A stretch of DNA of 64,000 nucleotides from assembly GCA_010356995.1 (NCBI GenBank), contig ML996687.1, forward strand, positions 869,803-933,802. The letters run 5' to 3'. Origin of the DNA: Trichodelitschia bisporula (lineage: Eukaryota). Under the pieces are notes generated by a model, which did no database searches, was not told the DNA's origin, and saw only the letters and a list, made by a program, of their open reading frames with translations. Of this stretch, positions 60,132 through 64,000 are shown piece by piece; position 1 is the first letter of the stretch, and the number at the start of each line of letters is the position of its first letter. The translations under genes and the position numbers were made by a program.

Positions 60132-61043
60132 ATGCTTCCCCTCCTTTTTTTCGCGCCCGCGCTTGCGCTCGCGGCCCCTGCTGCTGAGGGGTGCACACGG
60201 GAGTCGCTCATTGCCGCACGCGATGCCTTCTTCAAATCAGCCTCCGAGAAGACCGCGCCAGCCCTTGCGCCCAATGCCAAAATCGCGCTCAACAACAAGA
60301 TCACGCCCCTCGCGGGCACACCGTACAACCTCATCGCGACGAGCACATGGACCACGTTCCTGGTCCAAGCCGTTGACACCGACATCTGCGAGATCGCCAC
60401 CTTCCGCGTTGCGTCGGAGCAGCTGCTCAGTACGCGCCTCAAGGTCACAGCAGCGGGCATCTCAGAAGTCGAGTTCCTGCAGGCCGTCAAGGGCGATCAG
60501 TTCTTCCGTCCCACGGGCTTTCCCAAGGAGGCACCGGCCATGTTCAATCAGAAGCAGGTCCCCGCCCCGCCGCCCATGATCCCTCCTGTCTGGACCCCCG
60601 CCATGGGCATGTTTGAGCACAAGGCGGCAGTCAATCGTGCCACTTGCAAGGCGACCTCGGGTGCGCCCCGGGCCTGGAACCGCCGCGAGTTGATGTACGC
60701 GGCGAACAGCTACTGCGACGGACTGAAGGGTGCGCCGTTCGACAACTGCGTCTTTGCCGGGAAATCGTGCCCACGTAACGAGAACGGCGTGACGACGACA
60801 CAAAACTGCGGCGTCGGGACGGGCGTGTTTGGGTTTACAGTGCGCGGACGGCGGTGGGTAGCTGATACGGAGACTGGTGTCGTCCTGGGTGTCTTTTACT
60901 TCGATTATGGACCGTCCAGCAACTTGTTCCTGCATGAGTACTTCAAGATCCAGGCCGGCACGCTGGCGTACATCTTTGCGCCGATGAAGAATCAGCCGCA
61001 TGCGCAGGTCGCGGCGAGCACCTTTGCGCAGGAGACGAAGTAG
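60132..61043 (+). CDS. Secreted Cys-containing hypothetical protein with internal duplication
   Basis: Signal peptide MLPLLFFAPALALA; intronless 303 aa; strong GC3 codon bias; TATA-like element ~50 bp upstream. Confidence 0.8.
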   Translation: MLPLLFFAPALALAAPAAEGCTRESLIAARDAFFKSASEKTAPALAPNAKIALNNKITPLAGTPYNLIATSTWTTFLVQAVDTDICEIATFRVASEQLLSTRLKVTAAGISEVEFLQAVKGDQFFRPTGFPKEAPAMFNQKQVPAPPPMIPPVWTPAMGMFEHKAAVNRATCKATSGAPRAWNRRELMYAANSYCDGLKGAPFDNCVFAGKSCPRNENGVTTTQNCGVGTGVFGFTVRGRRWVADTETGVVLGVFYFDYGPSSNLFLHEYFKIQAGTLAYIFAPMKNQPHAQVAASTFAQETK

Positions 61044-61669
61044 AAAGAGAAATTATATAGCGTCTGATGGCTGATTCAGCGTGCGGACGAGGTGAATTGT
61101 ACATATGCGGTAGTTGGGGACACGAGCAAAGGCAGAGAGAGACCACTGCTGAACCACCTATATCCATCATCTGGTGACTTCAACCCACCATCCCGCCACC
61201 TTACTTCCAACGCTCCCATCGCTCCCAGCTTATTACTGTAGCCTCTGCCCATCGATTCAACATTAGGCCCGTTGATTCATGTGAAATCCGAACCTTTGGA
61301 CCAATGAATCGTCAGCTTCTGCAGCCTCGCGATCACCTGACATGTGATAAACAGTCACCATCAAGAATGTGCGCCGTGATGCTGGCTAGTTCTAAATGCC
61401 GCGTACGATGACAGACCGCATATGCTGATCATAAAAGATCCCAGGCCTTTGGCCTTTCATTATCAAATACACTACAAGCCTAACGAAATGCAAGTCCCAA
61501 AAGAAACGCCACATCCTATGCACCGATGCCGCTTCTTTTCAGTGCCAGTCATGCCCGAGAGTATATCCAACGCCACGCTACGACACATATGTGCTTGGGG
61601 TATCTGCACGGGAAACCAACGATACTCTTACTCCCCTCTCCCAAAAAAAAAAAACGCCTACTACCCAAA

Positions 61670-63235
61670 CTACGATGCTTCGGCAGCCGCGCTTGCTTCC
61701 TCTTCCACAGATGCCGGGGCAGGGGCCGGGGCCGGGGTCAGGGCCGGGGTGGCACGCTGCCGCAACCGCAAACCCATATAATTTGCCCACCGTTCGGGGA
61801 ACCGATCGGCCGTCGCCTCGCGTGCCCGGCGCTGGCGCACCAGCTTCTCTGCCACCTGCTCCAGCATCGTGTGCGGCGACGCGTACTCCTTGAGCTCTGG
61901 GTCGGCGTCGCGACTCAAGTAGGCGGTCGTTGCCACCTCCATGCGCTTCAGGGTGAGATTTCCCGGGAAAACAACCTTCTTTCCGTCCTGGACTACAACT
62001 TCCGGCTCCCAATTGTCCAGGCGCATTGTCTCCATGCCCGAGCTGACGTTCAACCGCTTGTACCATGTGTGCTGACCACGGGCCGTGTTGAGCATGGCCT
62101 GGTGGTGCTCCTCGCTCTGGGTATATTTGACGAGCATGTTCCTGAACACGGCAAAGTTTTCGGCGATGCGCTTAACAAGGCCCAGGCGGCCAAAGGGGCC
62201 AGGCCATGCTGACGCGAACCCATCTTGGTCCATGTTGTGCCGCCCTGTTCCAATGGACAACAGGAGGGCGGGATGTGCCCTCTCTCCGTATAACGACACA
62301 AACTCTGTCCAAGCGGCGACGGAGGGATTATTTGCGCGAATGCCGCCGTCCTTGAAAACCTTGCGCTCGGATTGAATGTCCGCTTCAAGGGCCTTAAAAA
62401 AGAAGGGTGCGGCACTCGTCGCGCGCGTCACCTCCCAAATTCGCAGAGCGTCTGCTCCTTCGTTGTAGCGGGTGACCCAGACGGGTACGTCAGAAAAGTA
62501 GCGATGGTTATAGGATCGGAGCAGATACGCCTCACTCCGCTTGTTGTGGGTGGCGGTCAAACAGACAGTTTGACAGATGCGCTCAGCCGTGTCCTCGTAG
62601 TACGGCTCGAGATCTAGCGGTTCGGTGCCATCGGGGTGCAGGTGCCACGGGTGCCAGTCCGACCCGTCGCACTCACCGTCTTCGTGCAGCGGGCAGTTTT
62701 CCCGGACAAGACGCTTGACGGCTTCTTGCAGCGGTTGGTGGTGGTACTTTGTGCGCAGTGGAAGGTTGCTTCGCCTTTTGCCGAACAGATCGTTGCCGAC
62801 GGCGCGGTAGGCCTCGAGGCAAGCCGTGATGTTCATGCGCAAGCGACCCAACATAGTGGCGATCAGACCGCCAGTGCTGGTGCCGTACATGACGTCGAAG
62901 TAGTGGCAGGGAAGGAGAGTATTTTCGTCGAAATTCCGACGCTCCGAAGGGTGTTTTACATGGCGCTCCTCAAACTTGTTCTCGAGGGCAGCGATTTCGG
63001 TCATCAAGCGCTTCAGGATCAATAGGCTCGAGTATCCGCGGATACCGCCACCGTCGAGGGTGAGGATGGCTGGGAGCCATGGGTCATCGACGGTTTCGGC
63101 CCAGCGGACATCATCTTGCGACGAGGTGACGCTCAGTGGGCGACGTGGTCGCTGAGGGGGTGCTGGGGAGCCGTTGGCGGTAGTGGGAGGGGATAGTCGG
63201 GAAGGCGATGATGGTTGGGGTGAAAGGGACTCCAT
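61670..63235 (-). CDS. Patatin-like (Ca-independent PLA2) phospholipase
   Basis: LTLDGGGIRG, GTSTGG, RATSAAPFFF, DGG, LSIGTG. Confidence 0.94.
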   Translation of the reverse strand: MESLSPQPSSPSRLSPPTTANGSPAPPQRPRRPLSVTSSQDDVRWAETVDDPWLPAILTLDGGGIRGYSSLLILKRLMTEIAALENKFEERHVKHPSERRNFDENTLLPCHYFDVMYGTSTGGLIATMLGRLRMNITACLEAYRAVGNDLFGKRRSNLPLRTKYHHQPLQEAVKRLVRENCPLHEDGECDGSDWHPWHLHPDGTEPLDLEPYYEDTAERICQTVCLTATHNKRSEAYLLRSYNHRYFSDVPVWVTRYNEGADALRIWEVTRATSAAPFFFKALEADIQSERKVFKDGGIRANNPSVAAWTEFVSLYGERAHPALLLSIGTGRHNMDQDGFASAWPGPFGRLGLVKRIAENFAVFRNMLVKYTQSEEHHQAMLNTARGQHTWYKRLNVSSGMETMRLDNWEPEVVVQDGKKVVFPGNLTLKRMEVATTAYLSRDADPELKEYASPHTMLEQVAEKLVRQRRAREATADRFPERWANYMGLRLRQRATPALTPAPAPAPASVEEEASAAAEAS

Positions 63236-64000
63236 GGTACGGGGGAATATGTAGCTTTGGACGGGATCGGGCCGTTCTGTCGGGCTTGGGTGCGTATATA
63301 TGTAAAGCAGGCGGGGGACGCGGGCTGAATGGGAGGGGTTGGAAGCGTAAAGGGGCGGACTCCAGACGCGGCTCATCCAATTCGTTGAACGCGACGCGAG
63401 CTAATGAGAGCCAGTGAAGACACACAGCCAGCGAGCATGAAGAGTGGTAAAAAAATTAGGAGAAACAAGGCAAAAAGACCAGAAGAGACGGGGGGGGGGG
63501 GAGAGTAGCGAAGGCCGACAAAGGAGTCGCCGTCACTCTCGGCCCGTTGACCCCAGAATATGGAAATATGCGATCAAAACTGGAGAATAATGGGGTGGGG
63601 AGGAGAGGAGAGGTGGGCGTGTGTGGCTTCGCAAATTACAGCGATGCCGCTCTCTGGGGGGCTTCCTCAGCTTCTGGGGAAATAATGCGCCTCAAAGCCT
63701 CACGGGCTGGTTGGCTGGCCTGGCTGGCCTGGCTGGCGGGAGTGGCAATAACCTTATGGCTTTTGGGACTGCGCCCCCCCTGTGACGACGGGGGATGAGC
63801 GGACCGCTAACCTGGATCGCGAGTTGAGGCTCTGGCACTGGCGCCGATGGGCTGTACCGTACGGTAGTGGTGTTGTCGCGATTCTGTGCGATGTCGGCTT
63901 GTGATGAGAGCAAGATAGCGATGAGTTTTGCTCTGAAGGATGATTCATGAACGATGAGAAGATGAGAGGATAAGGTGCGGAAGGCACCACGAGGCAGACT

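Overview
Eukaryotic, intron-containing DNA from a filamentous ascomycete (Pezizomycotina; Dothideomycete-like by impression only), with one assembly gap at 41335-41769. About 34 protein-coding genes can be modelled by joining ORF fragments across short GT..CTRAY..AG introns. Most are conserved housekeeping genes: FMN1, ADE1, a stand-alone FolB-like gene, U1A/U2B'', URA9, SEN34, OPI10/Hikeshi, RPB8, mitochondrial AsnRS, SDH3, BLOS1, SPO7, an HMG-box gene, ERG27, MED18, RNA1, RCE1, DSC3, VTI1 and LCB1. Accessory genes include GH43, two flavin monooxygenases, an MFS permease, a sedolisin, a lactonase, a patatin and secreted orphans. Non-coding features are two intron-containing tRNAs (Leu-CAA, His-GTG), a probable box C/D snoRNA with an 18S guide inside an upstream intron of SEN34, and two related ~600-650 bp fold-back elements with GGG..CCC ends and 9-bp target-site duplications (Mutator-like MITEs). 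The most unusual items are: (i) an intronless protein joining a SesA/HeLo-like helical N-terminus to an LMW-phosphatase fold whose catalytic Cys is replaced by Asp; (ii) the tRNA / snoRNA / SEN34 locus, with a possible in-frame presequence-like upstream exon; (iii) the MITE pair, one of which looks like the other wrapped in new termini; (iv) an ERG27 intron that lacks an AG acceptor. All identifications come from reading motifs by eye; no searches were run.
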